From Obrimoposthia wandeli (lineage: Eukaryota), in the NCBI GenBank assembly GCA_977020255.1, contig CDROCS010004985.1, positions 1 through 44,238 on the forward strand: a stretch of 44,238 bases of DNA, written 5' to 3'. Below, in pieces: positions 13,165 to 25,620 of this stretch; the first letter of the stretch is position 1; the number at the start of each line of letters is the position of its first letter. Below the pieces are notes generated by a model. It did not search any database. It was not told where the DNA came from and was given only the letters and a program-made list of their open reading frames with translations. The position numbers and the translations under genes were made by a program.

Positions 13165-13709
13165 TATTCGATAGTTCGGTGCATACAAGTCGAGAATTGG
13201 AGGCCCGACTAGTCGTCATTCAATCAACGAGGTTGATTTATTGAAATTTGACTTCGAAAACAGGCGGGTTTAATTGAAAGGTCGTGAATCGGGACAGCTT
13301 CATTTTGACACACGATATACATCTGCAGAGTATGCGAGGCCGGATTAGTGGCATAATAGTATGAGCCAACACTGTTATTATGGTTACGGCTGCCATATCA
13401 GTTTCTGCTAGTGTGTAGAGGCTAACCTATTCGATAATTCGGTGCATACAAGTCGAGAATTCGAGGCCCGACTAGTCGTCATTCAATCAACAAGGTTGAT
13501 TTATTGAAATTTGACTTGGAAAACAGGCGGGTTTAATTGAAAGGTCGTGAGAATTGGGACAGCTTCAATTTGACACACGATACACATCGGCAGAGTATGC
13601 GAGGCCGGATTAGTGGCACAATAGTATGAGCCAACACTGTTATTATGGTTACGGCTGCTGGCTGTGGAGGAGGCTGATCAGTTTCTGCTAGCTGTGGTGG
13701 AGGCTAACC
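13165..13709. repeat. Tandem duplication, two ~263-280 bp copies
   Basis: Copy 1 at 13165-13427 and copy 2 from 13428 both start TATTCGATA.TTCGGTGCATACAAGTCGAG. They are highly similar, with scattered substitutions and small indels. Confidence 0.95.
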
Positions 13710-15183
13710 CAGCAGCTGACATTTGCAACTAACATGACCTGATTATGATAGTGACAGTTGCTAGTTATGAGACTAATGGTGCTGGTGTTGTTGCTTCTGC
13801 TGCCTCTGATGACGACGCTGATGATCATGATGAGGTTCTTTGGTAGTTAGGCCAATCGCCGGAAGCTGAATATTACGGTGCAACTTCAACTGCACACCAC
13901 ACATTAATATGGGAAGATATTTCTAAACTAGATTGAGAAAAACAAGACAAAAGTTTACTGCTTATTTTAAAAATCGCAAATAGGCAGATAAATTTAACAA
14001 AACATATTATTCAATTTTATGCTAAATGTTGAACGAATAAATAAATAAGTATAAACATCTGTAGACTATCATCTGAGGAATACGTCCACGGCTCGTCAGC
14101 ATTTATTAAGGTGATTTTATATATTATTCTACTCTAAATTCAAAATGCAACTCGTTTTTTGTGTCACATCACCATTTTTATAAACCGGTAACACAAAATT
14201 GCAAATAAACATACATAAACTTGTATACATCCAAAAATACACAGAAAAAATATTTATTTTCAGTCTTTAAACTCCTTATAATGAAGTGAAACTGCGGTGT
14301 GACTCTTGATCATCGCCGTCACAAATGCATATAAAATCATATTATTTTGGAACCCTTCCTTGGGAATTATAAATTCACCCGACCCTGTTTATCCACTATA
14401 TAAATGATGGATTTCACGCTGGTAACAAAATTAATCACAGAAAAAACCATACTAGACTGCAATATATATTAATATCAGTTAACTAACAGCCACTTTAAAA
14501 CACATCCGACTATGTTTATTACAACAATAAAAGTTTTCAAATCAGCACTAAAATGTTTATAGAAAATTAAAATATAATTTTGTAATTGGCCAACAACTAA
14601 GATAAGTCGAATTCAACTAATTCTAAAGAATTATGTTATATTAATATTGGTTATCGAGTAAAACGAGAATTGAATTCAAAATTTCTTAAATTATTCAGAG
14701 AAGCCAAGATTTATAAATAACTGAACATGAATATTGTTAATTAAAGACGACAAAAAAATTCAAAAGTAGCATTTTGCACTAATTTCAGATTTCAAGCAAA
14801 ATATTCCAGCACGTCTAGATTTTTGTAAAAATTAAAATATAGACTTTCAAATCATTATACACATATTACGTAATAAGTAGAGAAACATAGGAATTAATAT
14901 ACAAAATTTTAAATTTTATAATGGCATTAATTTATCGATTTGACAAATTTTCTTTTGTAGAATGTTTCGGAACATTTTTTTATCCAAGTAAACAACAAAA
15001 TTCCACCAACCTTCTTTCTGAAAACCACTTTTCTATAAATGTCATTTGCTGATAAAACTATTTACTATGCTCTTCATTTAAATCATCTAAATTTTCTGGA
15101 AAAATATGAATGAGAATGAAGAAAATGTAGTCTTAATGAAATTTGACATCTGATATTTTTATAGGCTTCTAAAAGTTCACTCA

Positions 15184-15700
15184 CTAATAAAATAACTTTC
15201 TAAGATTAATATTACGGCTTCGAAAAAGGCTTTTATTGAAATGAGGTTTAGAAATATTCAATTTTGCAGCTTTGGGTCGACATTTTTGATTTATTTCGAC
15301 ATCGCTTGATTTGACTTGATTTATCAAATGAATTCCCTCATTTTTTAGGCAATAATCCTCATTTGAATGTTCATCGGAGGACATAGTTTTACTAAAATTG
15401 TCATTTGTTACATAATTTATTTCATTAATCAGAACAGGAAAGCCGGTTTTGTAGATACATTCCTTTTTTGGAAAAACTGTTTACTTTAGTTGAAAAATGA
15501 GATCTGTGGCTTAATTTTCGGATTCTCACAAAATCATAGAAATGTTTAAAGTCATTTGACTTTGTTCCATTTCTGAATAAATTACAACAAGAAACTGGAA
15601 GAGCTATGCTTTATCTTGGTTTGCAACCGCACATCCAAAATACTTTAAATTTGCTCCTGGTAGTTGGGATGTTATTGCAGTCCGTCGATTTTAAATAGTT
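15184..15700 (-). mobile_element. Decayed DNA-transposon transposase N-terminal region (superfamily not assigned)
   Basis: Minus-strand LKYFGCAVANQDKA* followed by MIL*ESEN*ATD matches the YFG...QDK.WAPH / M.WREP.NH..DCYFC pattern of an invertebrate transposase family. Confidence 0.5.
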
Positions 15701-18700
15701 AATTTAACACAAATGTAACAAAAATGTGGAGGATCATCGATGCCACCACGTTTTGATAGCATTAGATTTTTTTATTTTTATAAGATTTGTAATTTTAAAA
15801 TTATAAATTACTGCGAATTAAAAAATTATATAAAATCATATAACTTGAAAGCTGTACGTGTTGATAGAATTTTGAAATCAATTCAAAGAATGGATTTAGA
15901 AATTTATATTTATAATTAATTAACAAAAGGAAAAAATGTCTAGTGTAATGAAGAAAAATTAAAAATGACGCTAAACCCTAGAAATAAAAATTCCAAACTA
16001 TTAGTGAGAGTTTTAAATAAAAAGAAGATAGAATATCTTAAGTTTAGTGTAAATTTATAAAACGATGACCACATAGAAGAAATTCTTAAGCACAATTTGT
16101 TCAGCGATTATTTTCTTCTTACTGAATTTGTTCCTGAAAAGACTCAATAGCTAGTTATCTGCAATATTAATTAATCCGAAATTGTCACCACCACCTAGAA
16201 AAAGCCTGTACGGAGCCCATCTATTATTTCTAATTATAACAAACTCCGCAGAAAAATTCCTCCAGATGTTTTCCAGGAAATGACAAACGATTAGTGTCAT
16301 GGGAACGTTTTGAGTTCAGTTCTGTGTGTGTGTTTGTGTGTAGTGATGTGAAGAAGCTCCATAAAACACGGCATGACTGAGCCAATAAATCATCTCGACT
16401 CATCAATGCGACAGCAGTAGGCAGGAGAAGTAATAAAGCAAAGTTCTTTGATACGGTCTCGGGTTTGGTCAGATTGATCTGGATTGCTCGGATGAAGCTG
16501 TCCTATTGGCCTCAGTTGCGTGATGGGTGTGGATTTATGGACGGATACAGAGACAGAAAGAGACAGCGTGTCTGGTCAGAGACGAAGCTTGGTTTGTGGT
16601 CCCGATCGACGATGAAGTGGGTGGGCCACAATGCGGCCAGATAAGCCTGATTGCTCGGGTCACGGCTAATTCCGGCCTGGATATCCTATACACATGTCGC
16701 GTCAGCTTTGTAGCCGTATCGACAAATTCAGTGCAAGTGGTGGTGGGAAGCAGCCATATTTTGAGCTTCCAAATTTACCTCCCAAGGCAAACTGGATTGA
16801 CAAAAGGATAAGAAATACATTTTGCGTTCTCTCATTCATCTTGGTAAGAAATGGCCTCCATTGGCAGAAGCACTAGACTCTAAAGCAGTGATCTTCAATC
16901 TTCGAATACCTCTGAAACTCTTGAAAAAGCTTATATTTTCCGTAACCTCAGGTTAGCCCAAGTCAATATAATGAAACATAAACTATAGAATTAAAAATGT
17001 ATTACTAGATAAAAAATAAAACTTCAACACTATCAGGATATAATTTTTAATTACGAGAGTAATTGAATATTTTAAAATTTACAAGTATGGTGAAGTGTTT
17101 TTTATAAATAGGAACAATTGTTTAAAATAATCATTGAAACCAATTACTGTGCGAAAATTAAGAAATCCTAAACAAAAGCGACGGACAATAAAAGAAGAAC
17201 AAACATAATTACATGTGAATACTTTGATTTTTCTAGAATCTTTTTGAATTTCGGTTTCAATTTTTGAAATTGTGGACAATATGAACCCCATAAAATCTAC
17301 TAAGAAATATGCAACATCATCAGTAGGGAACGCAGGTAAAGAATATTAACATCCCCAACTGTTCCAACTTCGTTTTCAATATAATTTGATCGTTTTTTAA
17401 ACTTAGTAAAGAACATAGAAATTGTATCTAAACAAACTTAATGGACATGCATATAACATTTTCAATGTTTTCTACCCTACTGATCGGTGGAGTACCTCAA
17501 AATACAATGCCCACCTTTAGATGAAACTCGGACTCCGAGAAGCAACAGCAGCAGAGTGAATGCAGTCTGGAAATGGGATGGTTTAGTCAATTAAAGATAA
17601 CTACAATGTAATTTTATTAAGATATATTATTTAAATGATAAATATCTTGAAGAGTCGCGGTTTTATTATTACCCATTTTTGAGAGAGTCACCTGTAATAA
17701 TTATCTTTGTTACTATTTCAATAACTTCCTCCGATGTATGTAGAAATTTGGTATAGGATCATTTTCGTATGTCAATAGTTGAATTTTCTTCCTCCATAGT
17801 AAATCAAGTGACATGGTGAATATTGTTAATCGGTAAATATCCATTGAAATTTCAAATTAATAGTGATAAGAACATGCAACAGTCATAACGAAAATACTTT
17901 TAAGAAAACCACTTACTGCTAGTACATTAGCGTATCCATTAAATTGCTTCGAAAAATGTTAACAAACCGACAGAATTGAAATCATGTTAAATAAAAATGC
18001 TTATAAAAGTGAACATTGGATGAAGAGTCATTGGCTAGAATATAATTCAAGATCCTACAGATTATCAACAAAAATTACATTCCCGCAAAGCCCAACTATT
18101 TATATGATATTCTCCAGCCTGGAGCAGCTGGCATGTATATGCATCTTTTGCTCAACTATGATGACTGCAGATTCGTTAATAAATTCTCAAATAAACAGAG
18201 TGATGAGATATTTGAAATTATTGCATAGAATCTTTACAACAATCTAATGATGAATATAAGAAACAGCAATTTTTTAAACAATAAGAGAATCAGTTAAAAA
18301 CTTTATGTTCAGAAAAAATTACCTTGATAAATAGAAAGCGCTTTGGATAAATCAAACAATTCCATTTACATGTCTTATTATTGTTAAGATTCTGCTTAGT
18401 ATGCTAAAAGAGCATTCGTTCAATTGCAGACTAACTCACTCACTCGAGAGAAATAGTCAAACACAATTTCTACATCAAGGCTTCAGAAGGAAATGTATAA
18501 TTTAGCGACAGAACAGCCGTAACTACTAGACTATTTGATGTTTTAAATTGGTCTACAAGAAGTCACATAAAATTAGCTTTAATATCAGGAAGAAATTGTA
18601 CAAATCTCCGCTCGACTTGGCCTACAGCGCACATTCCAATGTCAAAGTAGGGAAGGACATAATGATAAACAAATATAAAGAAAAAATCAGGATGTTCAAA

Positions 18701-19575
18701 AGTCACTCTGAAATTTCAAATTGTTATAACCAGAAATTATTTGCGATCATCAAAATATTCTTTAAACATTTAAAATAAACAAAATCAAGGATTTATTTCA
18801 ACATTTTATTGAGTCATATTTCTCACATTTTCGGTGTCTTGATGAACACCCTATAGTTAAAACACACCATATGTTAAAATTGAGTGGAATCCTAATTGTA
18901 GAAAAGATAAAACGATCAAGTCAAACATTTTGTGTGAATTTCATATATAGGTACTCAAATTGAATCCCTTTTAAAAAGATAAATATAAATTAAGTCTTGG
19001 CTATGCATATTTTGACATATATCTCAGTCCAGAATGTGGTATCAGATTGTGCCTGTGCATAATATCTTCAAAAACTTAATTGACTTTTTCTCAAGTGAAT
19101 GTCACTAAACAACTAACATTATTCATTCATTTTTTAAATCAATTATTACATTTTCAAAGTTAATCTTTTTATATCAGAATTATAATCGATCACAGTACAG
19201 ATTAAAAATAGTTCATTCATTCTTTTCATCTACTGATTTTTTTTGTAAGAAAATTCTTTGAAAAAAAAATTATTTAAAAATTAAACTGATTATTAATAAT
19301 TTTTACTTTCGATAAATTTTATAAAAAAGAATACCAAATGCAATAATTGCTAAAGTAATGTTGCTTTTTAAGTTATACGTTACCAAAATTTATTTAAAAA
19401 TTAATAATGCAAATTTGTGTTAACCTGATATCTAAGACATTTGCACTTTGAAATTGATCGAGTGTATATGAAGATTTTTTAATGCATTTTCATTTCAAAC
19501 ATACATTTAATACCACATAGAGGATTCTCATTTTTATCTGAATTTTTGGTTTGATTGTCTGTATAACATATACAT

Positions 19576-19850
19576 TGGGGTTTCAGGTACCGATGAGTTT
19601 CTTTAGAACCGGTATTGAAATGGAGTAATACCGGTACTCAAAGACAAACTTAAAAATGAGAAAAAATAAGTCATTTTATGTTGGTGACTTTCAAGTCGTT
19701 TTTCATAAAAGAAATATACAAGTATTTAAACATTCTTAAACATAATTAAACATAAATATTTAAAAATCTATCGGTAAAATTCCGTACCGAACTAACGCGT
19801 TTTTTAATTTTCTATTGCATTTTCTCTGGTAATACCTGTATTTGAAACCT
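19576..19850. mobile_element. Possible MITE
   Basis: Imperfect inverted ends GGGGTTTCAGGTACC and AATACCTGTATTTGAAACC, with internal ATACCGGTA repeats. Confidence 0.35.
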
Positions 19851-19924
19851 TTTACAATTATGGTTACTATTATGGTTTTTAAATAAGGATCTTAAATAGA
19901 GTTAGATTTAAGGAAAAAGTCATT

Positions 19925-19996
19925 GCTGCAACCGGGAATTGAACCACGAGTCTCACGCACGGGTTCATAATTTCTCTCGATTACCCATCTGAGGCA
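19925..19996 (-). mobile_element. tRNA-derived SINE head (degenerate)
   Basis: Minus strand has a Pol III B-box GGTTCAATTCCC at tRNA-like spacing from a degenerate A-box region. No complete cloverleaf. Confidence 0.5.
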
Positions 19997-22900
19997 TTTT
20001 TAATTTGTAAGTTGCTGAATTTTGTCAAATATTTATTTTAACAACATTACAATAGTTAATGTATTACATTAAATATCTAGAATGTCGATTATTAAACAAT
20101 GTTGCAAGTTGACTGTACAGCGATGTCTACAAATCAATGGTGCTGCTACAGAGGTCCGAGATAAATTTCCCATTTCCGTCGATAAATTCGACACACGCAC
20201 ACAGACGGAACAACCTAATGTCGTGTCCCGCCCATTCTGTCATGTTTAATCGCCCAGCTCCGCCCGAACATCCACGAGTCAGGCTAATCTCTGTGGACAG
20301 TGATAACCCTCGCTGATGCCAACAAACTGCAGTCGTCTCACAACCCCTCCACTTTCAGCTTGGACATAGAAATCTCATCATAACAATCCACAGATAAGCT
20401 GCTGTCAACTATTGGCCTGGACAAGACTGTGTATCGATATGAATGTTTATTTATATGTCAGTCATACATGTTTTAGACAAGACGACTTTGATTCACTGTG
20501 CTGCAGAATCATTACAAAACGAATACATCAAACACATGTATATCTTAGCAATATTAATGAAAATAATTTAACAGAATTTGAAATAAAATGTCATAATGAA
20601 AGTAGAAGAAATAATAAAATTAGTCTCATAACTCAACCAAATATGATTTGTTGCTGACATTAAGATAAGAAATCTAGTAATTAATTCATTTATTGATTAA
20701 CTCATAATCTCACAATCAAATGTAGATTTTCAAATTTTAGAGCATTATGTTTTTATATAGATATGTAATATTTTAAAATGAAATCAGTATCATGATTTGA
20801 GTTATATTCTTCAACCGGCAGTGTTCAAGATTCAAGTACTACACAAAACTAAATCCCAATGCAAATCAACCAGCTCTCGCCGTGTAACTATCAGAAAACT
20901 TATACGAATTAGACTACCAGAAAACATGAATTAATCTGAAATTTAATGTACATTTCTACATGGGAGATTTATTTATTGAAACGTTATTTTTCGTTCGTGC
21001 TTGTCAAGAAAAATCATCTATTATATCTACATGACTTTCCAATTAAGGCAAAGATGGAAAAAACATTCCAGATTTGTTCTATCTGAATTACAAATTCATT
21101 TTAGTAGGCTGGCTATATTTCTGAGTTAATTAGTGGTTAAAATTGAACTTCAAAATACAAATCAAGTACTGTTTTTCAAACAGATATATGCATGTTAGTA
21201 ATATTGATTTTTGGTTTATTTGGACATGTCTGTCTGTGATTATCACAAATCTCATATTCGCAACTCAACCATAAATTGAAACATATAAAAGGTTGTATAG
21301 CTAGAAATATCTTCATTGTCACTAGAAGACAGTGCTCAATACCAATAAAATAGTTTAATCATTGCGTCAGAAACTGATAAGAATCATAACAAATGTTTAC
21401 GGCAATAATTGATTCCTTTGTTTTCCTAGTCGGAATAGCTATCTTATTGTATCCAACAATTGGCTGGAGAAATTGTGTATTTATAGTTGGTATTTACAAT
21501 GTTGTCAAGATTGCCTAACTTGTGAACGGAATTCGTGTTCTATAACATATGTTATTAAAGGAGTTCAGTCAATGCTCTTCTGCGCTTCTCTGGCTCCTGG
21601 TGTGCCAGATGACGTCTAGCACAACTATTGTCAACTCAACTAGTTTCTCATAATCTTCTCTGATGATCAATTCCTTGGTGATCTCATCTTTTAGAAGACC
21701 TATTATTGATTTCACAACTACCAACTTCTTCATTTAGCACAAAGACTTAGCTTGAAGCTTTTAAAGAGAAAAATAATTGGTAAACTGAAGAAAACGATTA
21801 TGCAAAAATTCATTCCACAACGTTTGAGCGATAGACAAGCTAATGTAGGTGCCAGTGGAGCATAATTTCATGGCAAGTAATCAAGACCCGATGTGCTGTC
21901 AAAGCCTCTTGACTGCAATTGGTTAGCCTACTTCATATTTATCAGAAGACCATAATAGTCTAATGGAATTACAAAATAGCCAACTATATTGAAATATGAA
22001 GATGTGGCAATTGTTGTTGATTTTGCGATTCACTGAGTAATATTTCTCATTTAATAAGAATTTTTCAATTTGAACATATGATTTTTTGAGAGGGTCACTA
22101 GAAATGTAATTTTGATAAAAATTTAAGACCTTTAATAATGAACTCGAAATGTTGAAATCGCTCATTTATTTATGTGAAATAGTGTGAATTACACTATAGA
22201 ACAGTATTTTTACCGTCTATTAAATTTTTTAGTTTGACCTAGACATAGTCTTGTTCCAAGTGGCTACAATATCCTACATGATCCACTTTCCAAGGAGAAA
22301 AATTATTTCTTCCTCTACATAAACTTGATTTTATTCTTGGTTAAAAAGCGCATTTTTTCAATTTTAACATAGGCTAAATTAAGACCCGTAATATTTGCTT
22401 CAAAATATTCAAAGGAAACATATACAGTTGAAAGAAATGAATAGGCATTTTTTGCAATGTCGTCTATGATATTTTAAGGCGTTGTTTTCTATTCCTATTT
22501 TGATGGTTTTAATGCTATATTTTTGATATGTTATTCAATATTTATGATATTTGTAAATAATTTAAAATGCCTAACAAAACATTTTAAACTCATGAAAAAG
22601 TAATTTTTGAAATCAGTGTCAAAATTTCGTTCTAGAAACACTTTAAATGATAGGCAAACAATGTTGTCGTTGCATAGTGTTATCTGTTAGGCCTTTTTCG
22701 CAGTCTGGTTAATTGTGTTTTTTCTTCTCTTTTCTATCCATATATTACTTGCTTTCAAATGTTAACTTCTCTTTTTAGTTTCAAACTTCACTGGTGATTG
22801 AAAACAGCAAATAGAAATTCAAAATTCACAAAAGGCTAATTCAAAAGTGCAAAATAGAAAAAAAACTTGCTGAATCCGTCAAAAATATCAAGAAAACATT

Positions 22901-24129
22901 TTTCTGTTTCAAAGCAAAATTCTTAATTTTTGTTCTGAGTAACAATTAAAAAACAGATTAGCTAGACATCTTACATGGAGCTTGTCGATCTCGACATCTT
23001 CACAGAACAGAAATACTGTAAAAAGTACTCAGCAAGTCTGAATGAATTTCTGACTAGATGACATGCTTGCTTGTGTGTAGAAAATGTGGGTTTCGTCTCA
23101 CAAGAGTCACTTCTGTGTCGTATTTTATGAGGCAGAAAGAGAGAGAAAGAGATACAGTATGAATTAATTATCACAGTGGCAGTCTGCGGCACCGCTGAGA
23201 GAGTGACAACAAAGAAGGCGGGCCATTCATTGTGCCTGGCCACCCAACAATGTGCCACATTACCACAGCGGCGGTGGTGGCAGCAGCAGTGTGGTTGACT
23301 GACTCATGCTTCTATTGAATGTCCCCTCTCTCCACAATACAGTGGGCAGGCGTGACGCCCGGTTTATTGCCCGGCAGCGCAACTAGACTACAATGACTGG
23401 TTTATGATCCCCGACCCAAATGGCCCGCCTAACTGCGACCTTGACTTTATTGGGCAGGGGGGAATTGCGGCCAGTCACGCGCGATCTTACTGCCATCTAA
23501 CTGTCTGACTGTTCAGCTCCGTTGCCTATCAATTAACAAGGATTCCTGCCTTCACTTGCACTCATTCAATGTAACACAAACTGAATTTGAAAGGTTAATG
23601 GAAAACATTTTAAAACTAACTGCGAATAATGTATCTGTAGCATTCTCTGACCTATTTACCCCCTTTGGTTGTACATTCTCAGATAATCAGTATAATCTAA
23701 ATTCCAGCAGTGAAAATAACAACTAATAGCAGATGCATAGTTTAAAACATAAATTTACTTATCAGTTTTACCGGTAAAAACTGTCAGCTTCTCCAAACAT
23801 ATTATATACTTAAATCCCTATGCAGCAAACAATATCATGGGGAAGATAGTCAAAACCATGTTAATTGATTATGGTTTTAATAAAATTTAAAAAAATCAAA
23901 TTGTAAATTTCTTTTAGGGTGTCCGAAAAGTCCTTAAAACAACAGTTCCTTGTAAAGCCTCAGAAAAATCGAGACAAAAGTTAAGCACCTTTAAATGCAC
24001 AATAATATTTTTTAAAATGATCACATTAATCAGTAACATATTTGTCCAGCGGTTATACCAAATTTGAAATACCTTTTCAGCGTATTTGATGTTCAAGTTT
24101 TCAAGATCAGTTTAAATTCTGTTTCTCAA

Positions 24130-24790
24130 TGTATTTGATAACTCGAAGTTATTACACCATATTAGATCACGAGGGAAACAATATGATACTGCTAAATCTC
24201 GTAAACGTGCCAACTATTCTATTGTTATTCAATGTCCAATCCAGAGGTTTGCACGTCTGTGTCCAACAGGTTTCTCCCATTGCGGTGATAATAAGCTGGC
24301 GCTCCCTCTTGATGTAAAAATATATCTCGTGCAGTTGTACTATTGAAATAGAAAATAACCTTTGGCTTCAGAACATTCCTCGTTACAGTCCCTCTTTTGT
24401 CCAGGAACTGTCCTCCTCTAAAGCTGACAAGTACCAAAATGGTCGAGTAATATAGGTTGTGCTTATCTACTTTCCTGTCATGGTAAAAAGAGTAGCATTT
24501 TTTTCCATGAGCAGCAATAATTCGTTTCACTTTGACTCTCCCATTTCATTTGGTAGTCTTCTCACTGAAATTGTTAGTTCTTGGTCTGTCACAGCTTTTC
24601 TGGTTTACATATTTTCATCACCACCGGATGTTACCGGTCTTACTGAACAAGTTTCAAGTTTTAAAAAATTCAAGAATTACTCCTCCCAGGAATCTGCTCT
24701 GGCAACATTGAAGCTACGTCCATCTACTTTTTGGATGTATAACTTTTGGCAATCGATTAATTGACATGTGTGTAGAAGTCACCTAATCAT
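24130..24790 (-). mobile_element. Decayed Tc1/mariner transposase
   Basis: FKKLETCSVRPVTSGG (resembling KF.ETGSV..R.RSGRP HTH), then HQEGAPAYY (QDGAPAHY), then a degenerate RSPDL region. Confidence 0.7.
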
Positions 24791-24999
24791 TAACCAACGG
24801 AAAATTCACTGAAATTTCTATTTATGCAGTTAACAAAAATGAATTTTAGATTCAAACATGTAACCTTAACCATTAACTCATTTATTTTTATATTCCAATG
24901 ACTTTCGAACACAATATAAAACCTAAAAACCTGTCTAAAATGACTTATCTTATACAGTTCAAAAATCATCAAATTGTAAAAGTTTCCATATTTTACAGG

Positions 25000-25620
25000 T
25001 ATCAGGCAAAGGTCAGCCTGACATTATCACACTCAAATATTTTAGTTATTTTTGCTATGCATCGGAAGACGTGTTTCATGTCAACCTCCTTACCACATAC
25101 ATGGTACAAACTATCTTCATGGAGGCCTATACGCTTGCAGTAGCTCATCAGCACCAGCCAGCGCACCACATGGAATCTCCAGAAACTAATGGACTCATTA
25201 TTCGGCCAGCTGCACTCAAGCTCTTCATTAACCACACCCTTTCTGTAAATTGCCCTAATCCTGTCTTGTTCAATAGTTCTCCTTCGGCACTCCCGATAAT
25301 TGCTTTGGCAACATCATTGAGGTACCCATTTCCATTATGAAGTGTGCCGTTCCCCCACTCATTCCCTATCACATCGCAGTGGCCTGGAATCCAGGTCAAC
25401 AAAATTGATCTGCCTTTCTTTTCAAAGATCTTCCACCAACTCAAATTGTACTTAGTGGTACCTGAAGCTCAAAAGAATCTGGAATTACTGTCCGTCGCTA
25501 TTTTCAGTTTCTTCCCATCTTAAATGTAGTCCACCAGTCACTTCAGTGACAAAGACAGATCCAACATAGGAAATTCAGTACCTTCCAGTCGTAATATTCA
25601 TTGTTGCTGTCTGAATCTCA
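25000..25620 (-). mobile_element. 3' relic of RNase H-bearing non-LTR retrotransposon
   Basis: KIATDSNS (TDS motif), WIPGHCDVIGNE (RNase H WIPGH..GNE), then C-terminal RIGLHEDSLYHVCGKEVDMKHVFRC (CCHC knuckle). Confidence 0.75.

Noticed and set aside
19925-19996. Functional tRNA gene
   Set aside because: B-box present but no consistent cloverleaf or anticodon arm; better explained as a SINE head.
21480-21930. Possible transposase relic (IIREDYEKLVELTIVVL, resembling an RDDY.EL motif)
   Set aside because: Only one weak motif; family could not be named with confidence.
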